A DNA stretch of 64,000 bases, taken from a virus (lineage: Duplodnaviria; Caudoviricetes). Position numbers and translations under genes: made by a program. The DNA lies in IMG/VR virus record IMGVR_UViG_3300001847_000332, positions 940 to 64,939 of that record; one strand, written 5' to 3'. The notes below the pieces were generated by a model. It was given only the letters and a program-made list of their open reading frames with translations. It had not been told where the DNA came from and made no database searches. Below, one piece after another: positions 28,732-37,199 of this stretch. Position 1 is the stretch's first letter; the number at the start of each line of letters is the position of its first letter.

Positions 28732-29254
28732 TAAACACGGCTTCTATGGGTTCATGGTGGACAGGCATGGGTATGACTTCGCCCTCTACAACTTTTGATA
28801 GCCGCTCGCGGAGCATTTGCTCCAGCTCTTCTGTTGGGCGGTGGCGTAGCGTGATCTCAGCTTTTTCCGTGAACAGGCCGACATCGCTGATTTTGCCTAG
28901 CAGCTCGAGTGCTTTGATCCGAATGCGTGGGTCGGAGCTGGCAGTTTCAAATATGAGCTTATTAGTAATATAAGTCCGCAGCTGACTGGCAGATTCAATT
29001 ACCTGCTTGTCGTATTCCGACAGCATTGCCTTGAGATGCACAACCATCCCGGGGCTGGATAGGTCCACATCAGTGGCATTTTCGGTCCCCATGAATACAG
29101 ACCGTGCCTTAACAATGTCCGTTTCGCTGACGTGCACATCCGCTTCAAGGTCGGCTAGTGCAGAAAAAGCAGCTTCTACCCGCGCTTGCAATGTTTCAAA
29201 CGTGGGCTGGTATTCGGCAAACTCAATATGAGTGTCCACTACGGGCGTATACAT
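28703..29254 (-). CDS. terS: probable terminase small subunit
   Basis: RIKALELLGK..GLFTEK motif; overlaps the terL start; ATG at 29254 fits the upstream promoter. Confidence 0.7.
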   Translation of the reverse strand: MYTPVVDTHIEFAEYQPTFETLQARVEAAFSALADLEADVHVSETDIVKARSVFMGTENATDVDLSSPGMVVHLKAMLSEYDKQVIESASQLRTYITNKLIFETASSDPRIRIKALELLGKISDVGLFTEKAEITLRHRPTEELEQMLRERLSKVVEGEVIPMPVHHEPIEAVFNEPCDAEHS

Positions 29255-29282
29255 GGGCAACCCATAATAGGGCGATGCTTTG

Positions 29283-29311
29283 ACTGTAACGTACGGGTGC
29301 CCAAGCGTCAA
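29283..29311 (-). promoter_or_regulatory. sigma70-type promoter for the terS/late operon
   Basis: TTGACG-17-TACAGT. Confidence 0.6.
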
Positions 29312-29365
29312 GCGTACGGTTCTAGCTATGGGCGTGTATAAGTTTTTATGAGTCCATATAGGGTG

Positions 29366-29456
29366 TACTAAGTCAATTTATGGCTATCGGCCAATGTTGG
29401 AAATTTACTAAGTCAATTTATGGCTATTGGCCAATGTTGGAAATTTACTAAGTCAA
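29366..29456. repeat. 40-bp tandem repeat, 2.3 copies
   Basis: TACTAAGTCAATTTATGGCTATYGGCCAATGTTGGAAATT at 29366 and 29406, partial copy at 29446. Confidence 0.95.
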
Positions 29457-29599
29457 CGTAGGTCTGGAGGAGGATGTGGTGGATATAAAACTCAGCGCAG
29501 CGCGGGCGAGCGTAGCCCAAAAAATCTTGGGGGGCACCGGGGGTAGTGGGGTCGCGCTGGCGCCCATTCCGCGCCTCTAACGTTAGAACGAAATATATC

Positions 29600-29628
29600 T
29601 TGACAATCCGTCAAGGCTTATATATACT
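29600..29628 (+). promoter_or_regulatory. sigma70 early promoter
   Basis: TTGACA-17-TATACT. Confidence 0.85.
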
Positions 29629-29699
29629 CCACTCATGTGCTGATAACAGCGCATCCGACACGGGGCGGATTCCCCTAGATACTACAAAGGAAAAACATC

Positions 29700-30317
29700 A
29701 TGAAAAAGACCGATATTATTATCAACGTGATCCCTTCCGAGATGCTGCAAAAGGCGGCGGATAAGATTGCCCATGCAGAACGCTCATTAATCGCGAATGC
29801 AATAAAAATTACCGAAAAAGCCAGCACAGTCCGGCGGGACGAAATCAGGGTGCTGATTAAGTATGCCTTGGATAATAACGTGCCGCGCAAGATTGCACGA
29901 GATGATATTGTGGAAAAGGTACTCATGCCCGCGATTAGTTCGAACGGTGCAGATATTCCGGGCGCCCTGACCAAAAAGACAGTGCAACAGTACGGCACCA
30001 GCATCATGCGGGCGATTGAGCTTGGGGTGGAATATCGGCACAACCTTGCCAATGATCCGCAATATGCGCGCAAGAAAAAGCCCAAAGTGGAAACGCCTGC
30101 CGATGAAGAATCGCTCGAAGTGGGCGAAGGTCTGGCACAGGGCAAGCGCGAGGCCAAGAAACCCGGCGCACCCAAAGTGGCGACAAGGTGGGAGGTGTCC
30201 CACCATGCGAGTGTCACTGTAGGCATGCTTCGCGCCGTGGGTGAAATGGAATGTGCAGATGCTGTGCAGGAAATCCTTGAGGATTACAACCTGTGGGCAC
30301 TGCCAAAAGCCAACTAA
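29700..30317 (+). CDS. first early hypothetical protein
   Basis: 205 aa, AAGGA RBS, downstream of a consensus promoter. Confidence 0.75.
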   Translation: MKKTDIIINVIPSEMLQKAADKIAHAERSLIANAIKITEKASTVRRDEIRVLIKYALDNNVPRKIARDDIVEKVLMPAISSNGADIPGALTKKTVQQYGTSIMRAIELGVEYRHNLANDPQYARKKKPKVETPADEESLEVGEGLAQGKREAKKPGAPKVATRWEVSHHASVTVGMLRAVGEMECADAVQEILEDYNLWALPKAN

Positions 30318-30364
30318 CACAACCGCGCCCCGCAAGGGGCGCACCCAACCTAGGGGGATATACC

Positions 30365-30562
30365 ATGCTAGATATGATTGACCTATTGTTGCAAGCCCGT
30401 TCGAGCGGCAGACTTGACCCCGCGCTAAATGCGCGCATCGATGCCGCAGTGTGCGCGGTGTTGCGTAGGATGGATGCCCACATGGCGCAGATTATGGAAC
30501 GTGAATTCCTCGGGGTATCCAACATCATGGATTGTGAGGAACTCATTGGGCGCGCGCCATGA
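30365..30562 (+). CDS. hypothetical protein
   Basis: MLDMIDLL..., GGGGGA upstream. Confidence 0.55.
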   Translation: MLDMIDLLLQARSSGRLDPALNARIDAAVCAVLRRMDAHMAQIMEREFLGVSNIMDCEELIGRAP

Positions 30563-30642
30563 CCACAGGGCAGGAACTCGGATACCTTATCATGCTGGCC
30601 CTTGCAGTGACGATTGTGGTGGGCTGGATATTCTTCGATTGA
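30559..30642 (+). CDS. 27-aa single-pass membrane peptide
   Basis: MTTGQELGYLIMLALAVTIVVGWIFFD; ATGA-coupled; ends just before the terminator. Confidence 0.55.
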   Translation: MTTGQELGYLIMLALAVTIVVGWIFFD

Positions 30643-30647
30643 CCTAG

Positions 30648-30672
30648 GCCCCGCGAAAGCGGGGCTTTTTTT
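30648..30672 (+). terminator. rho-independent terminator
   Basis: GCCCCGC-GAAA-GCGGGGC-TTTTTTT. Confidence 0.9.
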
Positions 30673-30796
30673 CGCCCGCCTTCCGGGCGGGCGTCATAGT
30701 GGTCTAAGGCGGGCGAGTGAGGGCGCGCGGGCGCGCGTGGGTGGGCGAGGGCCTTACGGGCGCGCACGTAGGGGCCGGATTCTAATGTTAGAAGTG

Positions 30797-30805
30797 TGAT
30801 ATAAT
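30797..30805 (+). promoter_or_regulatory. extended -10 promoter
   Basis: TGaTATAAT with a palindrome copy (30781-30792) immediately upstream. Confidence 0.6.
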
Positions 30806-30834
30806 ATAAGTTCAATACTTACATGGAGGCGCAC

Positions 30835-31173
30835 ATGCGCAACAGATCATGGCCGTTTAAGAATCTGGACATTGGCCAGTCCTGCACCATCCCCGCAAAC
30901 CTTGTACCCAAGGCGCGCGCATACGTGCACGTGTATGGCGGGCAGACGGGCAAACGTTTCTCGTGCAGGGCACAGCCGGATGGGTCGCTGATAGTCACGC
31001 GCAAGCCGCTGGGGGAGCGGCGCATTGTTCTAACGTTAGAAGAGCTGCATGCCCTCGCTAGCACGTTTAGCAAGGCACGCTTGCGCGAGCTAGCCCCCAT
31101 ACTGGCAGGGCACTTCAAAATCGAGAAGTTTGAGGACCGCGCAGAGCTGGTGCAGCGTGACGAAATCGCGTAA
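30835..31173 (+). CDS. small putative DNA-binding protein
   Basis: WPFKNLDIGQS...GKRFS...LIVTR; GGAGG RBS. Confidence 0.65.
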   Translation: MRNRSWPFKNLDIGQSCTIPANLVPKARAYVHVYGGQTGKRFSCRAQPDGSLIVTRKPLGERRIVLTLEELHALASTFSKARLRELAPILAGHFKIEKFEDRAELVQRDEIA

Positions 31174-31620
31174 CGCGGTTACAAAACTTATTAGCTAAGG
31201 ATACGAATCCAAAATAACCGGTTATTATATGCACTATCCCCCTGCTAAGTGGCTGATCCGGCAGGGGGAGTCGTTATAAATGTTCTTTAAATAAATAAAA
31301 ATATAACTAGTAAGTTATGTTGTTACGCCTGTTTATTATGAGCGCTGGAATTTTCTTGGAAGGCTCTCGGCTGCCCTTGACGCTTTTTTTTCTCGTACCT
31401 TTGTGCAAGAAAAAAGGCGTTTTCCCCCTTACGCTCTTAAAATAACGCATAACTCGCCACTTTCGTTGATTTTAAAGGGTTTTCCCGTAACGCGTTTTTT
31501 GCCCCTTGTTACAGCCTTGATTCCAATAGCCCCAACCGTTACGTATTTCGCCACCCATGCGTTACAACGTTGATTTTAAAGGATTCTATAGTCGCCTATA
31601 TTTTGCCTATTTTTTAGGCA
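31174..31620. other. AT-rich non-coding region, candidate replication origin
   Basis: No ORF; AT-rich core; many GTTAC/GTAAC; 15-bp direct repeat at 31464 and 31568. Confidence 0.5.
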
Positions 31621-31623
31621 CGT

Positions 31624-31652
31624 TTGACATTTTTCTGGCGAAATGTTAAGAT
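31624..31652 (+). promoter_or_regulatory. sigma70 promoter
   Basis: TTGACA-17-TAAGAT with TG extension. Confidence 0.75.
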
Positions 31653-31722
31653 ATAATTATCAGGGTAAACCCCTACTTATACCTATAGCCGACGAACCCT
31701 TTTTTCCTAGGACTTGACACTC

Positions 31723-32088
31723 ATGCCTCTAACGTTAGAACTTATTCCCTGCCTAAACGGCGTGCCCCTTAAAGTACAGTATATAAATAGTGTGCGCTAC
31801 GTGCGTATCGGCTCCAAGCTGTTGCCCCTCAAGCAGGTTGTTGCTGAAATCAAGTACGGCACATATCTCCCACCTGCTGAACTAAACCCAACAGAACGGG
31901 TCGAACGCTTGCGCCGCCTCACCACTGAGGGCGGGCTGTCTTACGCCAAGGCCGGCGCCCTGTTCGGCATCACGAGGCAGCGGGTACACCAGCTGCTGCA
32001 CCCACCTGCCGCTCCCGTAGACCCCACAGACTCCGTAGACCCCACAGACTCCGTAACACTCCCTGCCGGATGGACCCCCATCACTTGA
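31723..32088 (+). CDS. HTH DNA-binding protein (sigma region 4-like HTH)
   Basis: LSYAKAGALFGITRQRVHQL; AGGA upstream of ATG 31723. Confidence 0.7.
   Translation: MPLTLELIPCLNGVPLKVQYINSVRYVRIGSKLLPLKQVVAEIKYGTYLPPAELNPTERVERLRRLTTEGGLSYAKAGALFGITRQRVHQLLHPPAAPVDPTDSVDPTDSVTLPAGWTPIT
32015..32055 (+). repeat. 18-bp tandem repeat in the HTH gene tail
   Basis: CCGTAGACCCCACAGACT x2 plus CCGTA (VDPTDS repeats). Confidence 0.9.
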
Positions 32089-32113
32089 CAAACTGTTAAG
32101 TATATGCTATAAT
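32085..32113 (+). promoter_or_regulatory. perfect-consensus sigma70 promoter
   Basis: TTGACA-17-TATAAT with TG extension. Confidence 0.9.
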
Positions 32114-32193
32114 GTATATACGCTGGTAACTCGGCCCCAGCCGAGCCCAGCTAGTTGCCTGCTTACTTTTTCTAACGTTAGACGGAGACGACG

Positions 32194-32409
32194 ATGCACA
32201 CACTATCTACACGTAACCCCATATGCACTGAGTGCGGTATCAACAAGCTACAGCATGCCCGTGCGGCGCTCGGGTACACCGTATGCCTCAGCTGCGGCGA
32301 GCAGATTGCCCAACAACGCAAGCACATAACCGCGCCAATCAATAAGTCCAGCTACATGCTAATCACCGATCTAACCCTGCTCAAACAACTCAACCCTAAG
32401 CGAGCCTAA
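32194..32409 (+). CDS. C4 zinc-finger protein (DksA/TraR-like finger)
   Basis: CTECG...ARAALGYTVCLSCG. Confidence 0.65.
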   Translation: MHTLSTRNPICTECGINKLQHARAALGYTVCLSCGEQIAQQRKHITAPINKSSYMLITDLTLLKQLNPKRA

Positions 32410-32456
32410 GCCACACCCCAGATTTCTAACGTTAGAGTTTACTCACGGAGCCAACC

Positions 32457-33194
32457 ATGACCACACTACACACCCTACTGACCCAGCACCTGCACAGACA
32501 TGCTTACCGCAGAGGCATATTCAAGGGCGCTGCGCCTCTCAACCAGCGCTGGGCAAGGCACAAGCGTGTGCATCACAATCCCATCACCGACACGATGGAC
32601 GTCATTATCTACAACACGGACGTCGTATCTGCCCACAGGGACGGCAGCATCACCCTACGCACTAACGGATGGAACTCGCAGACAACCAAGGACGGTATCA
32701 ATCGGGTGCTATACACCCTGCGCAGCCGTCTATACATCTATTCCCTAAGGCATAGGGGTGTATCCCAATGGGTGTTATCCACTGAACATGGTACTTATGC
32801 ATTCTACGACGGGATGGTGTTGTCCCCAGAACTCAAGCCCTGCCATCCCAAGCCATTTAAGTACCGTGCCATCAACGCTTTTAAATCCACAGCCTTCACC
32901 AAGGACCCCACTACCAAGGAGTTTTTTCAAACCCTGCCGCTGCTCCACGCTGCGCTGCCGGACACTAGGCAGGCACACCTTAACTGGTATGCCTACGAAC
33001 AACGCGGCTCCGCCCTGCGCAAGCTTATAGCAGACCCCGCTCAGTGGGCGGACTTGGTCGAGGCGCAGGCGTACTACGCCCAGTGGCCGGGGGCCCCTAA
33101 ACACCCGGACCACAAGGACGTTGCACGACTACTCAAGCAATACGCCAAGGAGGACCTGTACGAGGTACACGACACGCCATACACCCTGCTGTAA
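32457..33194 (+). CDS. hypothetical early protein
   Basis: 245 aa; ITLRTNGWNSQTTK motif; GGAG RBS. Confidence 0.75.
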   Translation: MTTLHTLLTQHLHRHAYRRGIFKGAAPLNQRWARHKRVHHNPITDTMDVIIYNTDVVSAHRDGSITLRTNGWNSQTTKDGINRVLYTLRSRLYIYSLRHRGVSQWVLSTEHGTYAFYDGMVLSPELKPCHPKPFKYRAINAFKSTAFTKDPTTKEFFQTLPLLHAALPDTRQAHLNWYAYEQRGSALRKLIADPAQWADLVEAQAYYAQWPGAPKHPDHKDVARLLKQYAKEDLYEVHDTPYTLL

Positions 33195-33248
33195 CCCACC
33201 GCCTAACCTTTCTAACGTTAGCACCCTGTATAGGGTGGAGGAACGACC

Positions 33249-33539
33249 ATGCCAACCAAGAAATTAAAAGTTGAAGATATATTGCCGCCTCTGCTCGACA
33301 CGTTGGCGGCGCAGGCTGCCTGCCGTCCGCCCACGGGGTTCCGGCCATCGTCACACTGGTCACAAGCCGGCCCACTTATCGAGGAGGCGCGCATCACGCT
33401 CAGATACTGGAGCAACCAGTCGTTTGTCACGGCGTATGTGGAGGAGGGCGAGTGGTATCAAGGCCCGACACCACTGATAGCCGCCATGCGTGCGTATGTA
33501 GCCCTGCGCATGGGCGACAAGATCACCCCATCAACCTAA
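33249..33539 (+). CDS. NinX/DUF2591-like protein
   Basis: PSSHWSQAGPLIE...GPTPLIAAMRAYV. Confidence 0.8.
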   Translation: MPTKKLKVEDILPPLLDTLAAQAACRPPTGFRPSSHWSQAGPLIEEARITLRYWSNQSFVTAYVEEGEWYQGPTPLIAAMRAYVALRMGDKITPST

Positions 33540-33563
33540 CCTAACCTAACCCGGAGACTTACC

Positions 33564-34616
33564 ATGCGTACTACTATCAACCTTGCCCAAGCTGAGGCGC
33601 TCATCCGCACCTGCGGCCACACTAATACCGTCCTGCTCCGAGGCCAGCCCGGCGTAGGCAAGAGCAGCCTGCTGCACACACTCACCCACCACCTGCCCGA
33701 CTACTACCCGTGCTACGTGGACTGCGCTAACCTAGACCTTGGCGATCTGGGTATGCCGCTCGTAAACCGCGAGACCGAGACCACGTCCTACGCACCGAAC
33801 GTGCGGTTCGGTATACACCAGCCCCGCCCGGTGCTTCTAATGTTAGACGAGCTGGGAAAGGCGCCACGGCCTGTGCTCAACATGCTGCTGCCCGTCATCC
33901 TCGAACGGCGCCTTGGCGACAAGCAACTGCCCACTGGCTCGATCATATTTGCCACGACTAACCTCGACAGCGACGGGGTGGGGGACAACATACCGGCCCA
34001 TGCGTATAACCGCATGACGGTCGTCAACCTTGCTAACCCCACGTCCTCGGAGTGGCTAGCGTGGGCCATGGCTAACAACGTCGCAGCAGAGGTCTGCACA
34101 TTCGCTGAGCAGTACTCACAAGTGTTCGAGTGCTATGCCGACAACCCCGAGACCAAGAATCCGTACATATTCAACCCACTCACCGGTAACACCCGTGCGT
34201 TCGTCAGCCCTCGCAGCCTAGCCCACGCCTCCCACATCGTCCGGCATCGCCAGACGCTAGGTGAGGCGACACTACCTGCGCTCATCGGCACGGTAGGCGA
34301 GTCCGCTGCCCGGGATATGGACGCCCTGCTGCGTATCTCTGACAAGCTGCCGTCACTCCAGACCATCGTCGAGCATCCCACCACTGCCCCCCTACCCAAG
34401 GACGCCGCAGGCTATTTCATCCTTGCGTTCCAGCTGGCTGCGGACTCCAGCCCCTCAACCATGGACGCCATGATGACCTACGTCAACAGGTGGGACGCGT
34501 TCGAGGCGGCGACTGTGTTAATCACTACGCTAGCAGGCGACCGCAACAAAGCGCCGATGGCCTGTGCCAACGCACAGTTCAGAAAGAAAGCGGCTGAGCT
34601 GGGTAAGTATTTCTAA
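33564..34616 (+). CDS. MoxR/CobS-like AAA+ ATPase
   Basis: Walker A GQPGVGKS, Walker B LLMLDE, FATTN sensor, NRM, SPRS. Confidence 0.88.
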   Translation: MRTTINLAQAEALIRTCGHTNTVLLRGQPGVGKSSLLHTLTHHLPDYYPCYVDCANLDLGDLGMPLVNRETETTSYAPNVRFGIHQPRPVLLMLDELGKAPRPVLNMLLPVILERRLGDKQLPTGSIIFATTNLDSDGVGDNIPAHAYNRMTVVNLANPTSSEWLAWAMANNVAAEVCTFAEQYSQVFECYADNPETKNPYIFNPLTGNTRAFVSPRSLAHASHIVRHRQTLGEATLPALIGTVGESAARDMDALLRISDKLPSLQTIVEHPTTAPLPKDAAGYFILAFQLAADSSPSTMDAMMTYVNRWDAFEAATVLITTLAGDRNKAPMACANAQFRKKAAELGKYF

Positions 34617-34626
34617 GGAGACGACG

Positions 34627-35031
34627 ATGCAGATTAAAACAAGTGAGCTGCGTGACGCTGCGCTCGACTGGGCTGTGGGGTTTGCACAATGTATGGAGGC
34701 GACAGGTGGCAAGCCCATACAGGCTCGAGACCTCATGGCCGCTGCCGTGCGTAACGGTATAGCGAGCTACTCGACCGACTGGTCACAAGCCGGGCCGATC
34801 ATCGAGCGGGAGAGTATAGACATTCAGAAAGGCAACCCGCTGTACTTCCCGAAAGGTAATGAGCACGGCGACTACTACGAACCACTGTGGATCGCCGGAG
34901 GTAAGCATGGCAGGACGCCGCTTGAAGCTGCTATGCGCTGCTATGTAGCGAGAAAGCTGGGCAACGAAGTAGATGTACCCGACGAACTTCTAACGTTAGA
35001 CGGAGACGACGATGAAAAAGCAAACGGTTGA
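34627..35031 (+). CDS. NinX/DUF2591-like protein
   Basis: IKTSEL..AALDWAV...YSTDWSQAGPIIERE...TPLEAAMRCYV. Confidence 0.85.
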   Translation: MQIKTSELRDAALDWAVGFAQCMEATGGKPIQARDLMAAAVRNGIASYSTDWSQAGPIIERESIDIQKGNPLYFPKGNEHGDYYEPLWIAGGKHGRTPLEAAMRCYVARKLGNEVDVPDELLTLDGDDDEKANG

Positions 35032-35206
35032 AGCACTGATACAAGACCTCAAGGCACTCATTCAGGTGCAGGAGGAGAAGGAGGAGCTGCTCATTCAGGT
35101 CATAAAGATGTGCCGGGATGAGATCAACAAACCCTCAGCCAATAAGACACAGCTGCTCGCATCACTCGACAAGTTTATCTCAACGCACTACCCCACCACT
35201 CACTAA
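35012..35206 (+). CDS. hypothetical protein
   Basis: 64 aa, GGAG RBS. Confidence 0.65.
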   Translation: MKKQTVEALIQDLKALIQVQEEKEELLIQVIKMCRDEINKPSANKTQLLASLDKFISTHYPTTH

Positions 35207-35215
35207 GGAGACATC

Positions 35216-35569
35216 GTGGACATTAAAGAGTTAGCTATATCCCGTGCTATAGCCATGCTCAACGCAGCGGATGCCAAGTACAAGATCGTGATGCCTGACG
35301 GGCGGGAGTTCGGAGAGCTTGAGGTTAAGCCACCCCGCATCCGCAAACGTAGCTACAGATACCCGCCCGGCGAGATGAGTGCCTACTGGCGGCCACTGGT
35401 GAAGGACTTCGAGGTGGGTACGGTGTTGTCTATTCCGTTCGGCAAGTTCGACGGGGTACACCTGCGCGGCACCATGTCAGGGTACTTCACAACTACCTAC
35501 GGTAAGGGTGCGGTAATGACGTCAATCAACCATGAAACCAAAACTATTGAATGTTTAAGGGTGAGCTGA
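35216..35569 (+). CDS. hypothetical protein (possible DNA-binding)
   Basis: 117 aa, AAGGAG RBS. Confidence 0.7.
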   Translation: MDIKELAISRAIAMLNAADAKYKIVMPDGREFGELEVKPPRIRKRSYRYPPGEMSAYWRPLVKDFEVGTVLSIPFGKFDGVHLRGTMSGYFTTTYGKGAVMTSINHETKTIECLRVS

Positions 35570-35570
35570 C

Positions 35571-35969
35571 ATGTGGACATCAAGCGTAGTTAATCGCAGT
35601 GAGATAGAGGAGCGTCTTGAGGAGCTCGACGCTGAGCGCGATCAGTTCATGGAGGAGACAGGGCTAGACGAAGTGGCCGATAGCGAAGCGTGGGACGAAG
35701 CCCTCAAGGTGTGGGAAACCCATAACGAGGAGGGGCAGGAGTGGCTCAAGCTATCCGAGGTCCTCGAAGAGATGGGCAGTGCCGATTTACTTATCGCTGA
35801 AGATTATTGGGTGGAGTATGTGCAGGACATGCTGGAGGGGTGTGGAGACATACCCGACAACCTGCCGTGGTACGTGGAGATCGACTGGGAAGCAACCGCC
35901 AAGAATGTGGCCGGTGACTACAGCACCATCACAATCGACGGCAAGGAATGGCATTACCAGTACAACTAA
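35571..35969 (+). CDS. highly acidic ArdA-like antirestriction/DNA-mimic protein
   Basis: About 37 D/E vs 7 K/R by hand count; IPDNL..YVEIDWEATAKN...DY resembles the ArdA C-terminus. Confidence 0.6.
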   Translation: MWTSSVVNRSEIEERLEELDAERDQFMEETGLDEVADSEAWDEALKVWETHNEEGQEWLKLSEVLEEMGSADLLIAEDYWVEYVQDMLEGCGDIPDNLPWYVEIDWEATAKNVAGDYSTITIDGKEWHYQYN

Positions 35970-36016
35970 GCAACGCTTCTAACGTTAGAAACCACCCTTA
36001 ACAGGAAGAAACGACG

Positions 36017-37189
36017 ATGAAACCAATAGATCGCTTTAACAAGGCGAGGATCGCCATCATGCGTCACCCACGCTTCTGCCGGTACAGCGGCATCATGGCG
36101 TGCGGCGATACCAAGCTGACCACCGACGTGCCGACAGCCTGCACGGACGGGTGGAACACGTACTTTAACCCCGAGTTTTTCGCAGACTTCACGGACAGCC
36201 AGCTGCGCATGCTTATCCTGCATGAGCAACAGCACAAGGCATACCGACACAACGTAGTGTGGCGCAGCCTGTGGAAGAAAGACCCACAGCTCGCCAACAT
36301 CGCCGCTGACCACTTCGTGAACCTGTCCCTGATAGACATGGACGCAGGCGAGGGGTTTGTCACCATGCCTAACGTCGGTGTGCAGCCTGACCCACAATAC
36401 CGCGGCTGGTCGGTGGGTCGTATCTACCACCACCTCAAGCAAGACCCACCGCCCGAGGGCTCAGGCGGCATGGACGACCACGACTGGGAGCCCTCCTCCG
36501 ACCCTGCCAACCCCGACGAAGCAAGCGAGGCCCAACGGGCCCTCGACCAAGCGCGTGCCCAGCAGATAGACCAAGCCCTGCGCCAAGGCGAGATACTTGC
36601 CAAGCGTAGGGCCGCCGCACTTGGGCTAGACAATGAGCTCGGGTTCGGTGAGCTGCTGCACCCCATGGTCGACTGGCGCACCGCCCTGCGGGAGTTCGTG
36701 ACGGAGCATTGTGCAGGCAAGGATGAGTCCTCATGGCGCAGGCCTAACCGACGCTACCTAGCCGACGACGTGTATATGCCGTCCATGCAGGGAATCACTA
36801 TGACGCGCTTGGCTGTGGTGATGGACACCAGCGGCTCGTGCTTCGGCACGGACATCGCCACGCGGTTCGTTAGCGAACTTGCCGCTATCGCGGAGCAAGT
36901 TAAGCCTACCCTCATTGACATATTGTACGTTGACACCGAGGTAGCCATGCACCAGACATTCGACCATGGCCAGTTCGCTGTAGCGCAGCTTAGACCGCGT
37001 GGTGGTGGCGGCACTAATCTACCAGTGGCGTTCGGCTACCTGAGCGACAAGCGCATTGAGCCCACTGCCATGGTGGTGCTCACGGATGGCGAGACACCGT
37101 TCGGCAACCCGCCGGCGTACCCCGTGCTGTGGGCGATGAGTTCTAACGTTAGAGCGCCGTATGGCACCACCGTGTATTTGGGAGACTGA
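36017..37189 (+). CDS. DUF2201-type metallopeptidase-like + VWA domain protein
   Basis: PTACTDG, LHEQQH, NIAADHFVN, SWRRPNRR, MIDAS DTSGS, GGGGT, LTDG. Confidence 0.88.
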   Translation: MKPIDRFNKARIAIMRHPRFCRYSGIMACGDTKLTTDVPTACTDGWNTYFNPEFFADFTDSQLRMLILHEQQHKAYRHNVVWRSLWKKDPQLANIAADHFVNLSLIDMDAGEGFVTMPNVGVQPDPQYRGWSVGRIYHHLKQDPPPEGSGGMDDHDWEPSSDPANPDEASEAQRALDQARAQQIDQALRQGEILAKRRAAALGLDNELGFGELLHPMVDWRTALREFVTEHCAGKDESSWRRPNRRYLADDVYMPSMQGITMTRLAVVMDTSGSCFGTDIATRFVSELAAIAEQVKPTLIDILYVDTEVAMHQTFDHGQFAVAQLRPRGGGGTNLPVAFGYLSDKRIEPTAMVVLTDGETPFGNPPAYPVLWAMSSNVRAPYGTTVYLGD

Positions 37190-37199
37190 GGTTCGAAAA

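Noticed and set aside
29366-29456. CRISPR-like array
   Set aside because: Units are directly adjacent with no spacers, and no cas genes are present.
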